Position numbers and translations under genes: made by a program. From a virus (Duplodnaviria > Caudoviricetes), in the IMG/VR virus record IMGVR_UViG_3300042883_001293: 64,000 nucleotides of DNA, one strand, 5' to 3'. Numbering within the stretch: the first letter of the stretch is position 1; every line of letters starts with the position of its first letter. Under the pieces are notes generated by a model. The model was not told the origin of the DNA. It saw only the letters and a program-made list of their open reading frames with translations, and did no database searches. Shown piece by piece: positions 61,613 to 64,000 of the stretch.

Positions 61613-64000
61613 ATGATTACAACTGGTTTTGATACTAGAGTAAAAATACAACAAATTGTTGAAAATCAGTTACCTGAATTTGCCTTAACGGAAAGTCCAA
61701 AACTTTCTGAATTTTTGAAGCAGTATTATGTGTCACAGGAATACCAAGGTGGTCCAGTAGACATTATAGAAAATTTAGATCAATATATTAATTTAAATAA
61801 TTTAACACCAGATGTTCTTTCTGGTATAACGAGTGTAAGAACGAATATTTCTTCAACAGATAAAACAATATTTGTAAACACCACAAAAGGGTTTCCTAAA
61901 GAGTATGGATTATTAAAAATTGATGATGAAATCATTACCTATACGGGAATAACCACAAACTCTTTCACTGGTTGTGTGAGGGGATTTAGTGCTATTTCTT
62001 CTTATAAGGATTCTTTAAATCCGAATGAGTTAGTATTTTCTTCCACAAATTCCGAATCCCATAAAGTTAATACTAAAATTGAAAATTTAAGTGCTTTATT
62101 TTTAAAAGAATTTTACAAAAAAATAAAAACTTTATTAGCACCGGGGTTTGAAAATTTAGATTTTGTTCCAGATCTAAATGTTAATAATTTTATTAAACAA
62201 ATAAAAACATTTTATCAATCAAAAGGAACTGATGAATCTTTTAGAATACTTTTTAATGTCTTATATGGCGTAAATCCAAAAGTTATTAATCTGGAAGATT
62301 TTCTAATAAAACCTTCTTCTAGTGAGTTTATAAGAAGAGAAATTCTAGTAACTGAAAGAATTTCCGGAGATCCAAATAAACTGGTAGGTCAAACAATTAA
62401 TAGATATGATGATTCTGCTTCTGGACCTGTTTCCGAAGTTGAACTAATAACTAGAAATAATAAAGTTTATTATAAAATTCAACTATTTGCAGGTTACAAT
62501 GATAAGACTGCAATAGAAGGTCAATTCAATATAACAGGAAAAACAAAAGTAATTGATTCAGTTTCAATTGGTTCTTCTAGTATTACAGTTGATTCAACAA
62601 TTGGATTCCCAGAATCTGGAGTTTTATATTGTGGTGACAATGTAATTACATATTCAGATAAATCTATTAATCAATTTTTTGGTTGCTCCGGAATTACAGA
62701 AACAATAGGTTCAGCAGATGAAATTAGGTCTAATGATACAATATACGGTTATGAAAATGGAGATTTAAATAAAAAAGTAGAATTAAGAGTGACAGGTGTA
62801 CTTTCTGATCTAGAAGGTAAAGAAGACGCATTTCTTTTTTCTAAAGGAGATACTATTCAAATAAAAAGTATTGGTGAAAAAATAAAAAATCCAACTGGAT
62901 CAAAAACTTATAAAGAAGAAGTATTTAATTCTTGGATTTATAATACTTCTTCTAGATATGAAATTGAGTCTTTTTCTAATAATACGATAGATTTATTTGA
63001 AATTCCAGATAAGTCAAGTTTAAAGATTGGAGATATAGTAGATATTTTAGATAGAAATTCTGAGGGCATAATTTTAAGTAGTGCTACAGTTTTGAGTATT
63101 AATTTGAAAAGAGTAATATTAAACTTAAGTATTACTGGTATCAATTTAACCAGGGAATTAAGTCTTAGAAGAAAATTAAGATATGCTTTTAGTTCTGGTG
63201 TACCGTTAAAGTATTCTAACATAACTTCTAATATACAAAATACTTACATTGAAGAAAATAATTATATTGGTGTTGCCGCAAATTCTCTACCAGATTATTC
63301 GATAGGAATTAATTATTTACGTTCTTCTATAAACATAACTCCCTCTTCAAATTTAACTAATATATTCCAAGGATATGATGAGGGAGATTTAACATACTCA
63401 ATTATATCTTTTTCTGAAAATGTTTCATTTATTGATGGTGATGCTGTTGTTTATTCTGGATCTAAAAATCCATTAAACAATTTAACATTCGGTAGAACTT
63501 ACTATGTTCAAGTTTTAGTTGATGGAACCTCAAAAAATAAAATACGTCTTTACAATTCAAGATCTTTTATAGGAACTAATAATTATATTAAATTTGAACT
63601 AATTGAAGATTACAGTGGAACACACACATTTACATTAGAATATCAATATGGAAAAGTTATTGAACCTAAAAAACATTTTATAAAACTACCATTACAACAA
63701 AACATAGAATCCGGAACTAATATTTCTACACCAGTTGGATCTACTGGTATTTTAATAAATGGCGTGGACATTGTAAATTATAAATCAAACGACAAAATTT
63801 ATTTTGGTCCATTACAAGAATTAAAAATTTATAATTCTGGAACAGACTATGATGTAATAAATCCACCAAAAATTAGCATTTCTTCTCCGGGAGTTGGGAT
63901 AGGATCTACTGCATATGCAGATGCTGTTATCAGTGGATCTATAAAGGAAGTGATAGTAGATCCTAATGAAGTGGATTTGGTAAGAGTTGTCTCTATAAAT
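61613..64000 (+). CDS. gp7: Baseplate wedge initiator gp7-like protein (3' end outside window)
   Basis: MITTGFDTRVKIQQIVENQLPEF...EFLKQYY.SQEYQGGPVD...FYQSKGT; follows gp6; frame checked only in part. Confidence 0.7.
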   Translation, partial: MITTGFDTRVKIQQIVENQLPEFALTESPKLSEFLKQYYVSQEYQGGPVDIIENLDQYINLNNLTPDVLSGITSVRTNISSTDKTIFVNTTKGFPKEYGLLKIDDEIITYTGITTNSFTGCVRGFSAISSYKDSLNPNELVFSSTNSESHKVNTKIENLSALFLKEFYKKIKTLLAPGFENLDFVPDLNVNNFIKQIKTFYQSKGTDESFRILFNVLYGVNPKVINLEDFLIKPSSSEFIRREILVTERISGDPNKLVGQTINRYDDSASGPVSEVELITRNNKVYYKIQLFAGYNDKTAIEGQFNITGKTKVIDSVSIGSSSITVDSTIGFPESGVLYCGDNVITYSDKSINQFFGCSGITETIGSADEIRSNDTIYGYENGDLNKKVELRVTGVLSDLEGKEDAFLFSKGDTIQIKSIGEKIKNPTGSKTYKEEVFNSWIYNTSSRYEIESFSNNTIDLFEIPDKSSLKIGDIVDILDRNSEGIILSSATVLSINLKRVILNLSITGINLTRELSLRRKLRYAFSSGVPLKYSNITSNIQNTYIEENNYIGVAANSLPDYSIGINYLRSSINITPSSNLTNIFQGYDEGDLTYSIISFSENVSFIDGDAVVYSGSKNPLNNLTFGRTYYVQVLVDGTSKNKIRLYNSRSFIGTNNYIKFELIEDYSGTHTFTLEYQYGKVIEPKKHFIKLPLQQNIESGTNISTPVGSTGILINGVDIVNYKSNDKIYFGPLQELKIYNSGTDYDVINPPKISISSPGVGIGSTAYADAVISGSIKEVIVDPNEVDLVRVVSIN

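Noticed and set aside
2157-63222. Most minus-strand and nested ORFs in the supplied track
   Set aside because: They are shadows of + strand genes with low-complexity I/F/L-rich translations and no RBS or promoter

Overview
A 64 kb segment of a T4-like (Kyanoviridae-type, probably freshwater) cyanomyophage genome, with almost all genes on the + strand. Layout: (1) 1-11.3 kb: late tail-fibre/adhesin genes. (2) 11.4-47.9 kb: a hyperplastic region of over 100 mostly small ORFs, with an SF2 helicase, an HNH nuclease, five free-standing GIY-YIG endonucleases plus one deletion remnant, a putative Type IIS restriction-modification locus (nuclease plus two m6A MTases), a membrane/lipoprotein operon, a SLOG protein, an HEXXH protease and RlpA. 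(3) 47.9-50.9 kb: a repeat-rich, partly non-coding block with a 5x30 bp tandem repeat, ACGAGAT clusters, a perfect 25 bp inverted repeat, an ArdA-like gene and tRNA-Leu(UAA). (4) 49-56.7 kb: an increasingly GC-rich array of promoter+single-gene early cassettes that ends abruptly near 56.8 kb. (5) 56.9-64 kb: core cyanophage genes and baseplate wedge gp25, gp6 and gp7. About 28 copies of a 9-6-9 dyad (TGTGACACT-N6-ACTGGCACA), most followed by a -10 box 29-31 bp later, punctuate the early region. The most striking unexplained structure is a conserved cassette upstream of four GIY-YIG genes: late promoter, a ~55-60 nt hairpin+terminator RNA, then a second late promoter whose 5' UTR is complementary to that RNA's loop, with sequence co-varying between copies. 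This is a candidate cognate antisense-sRNA control system for homing endonucleases. All family assignments come from motif recognition only; no database searches were run.
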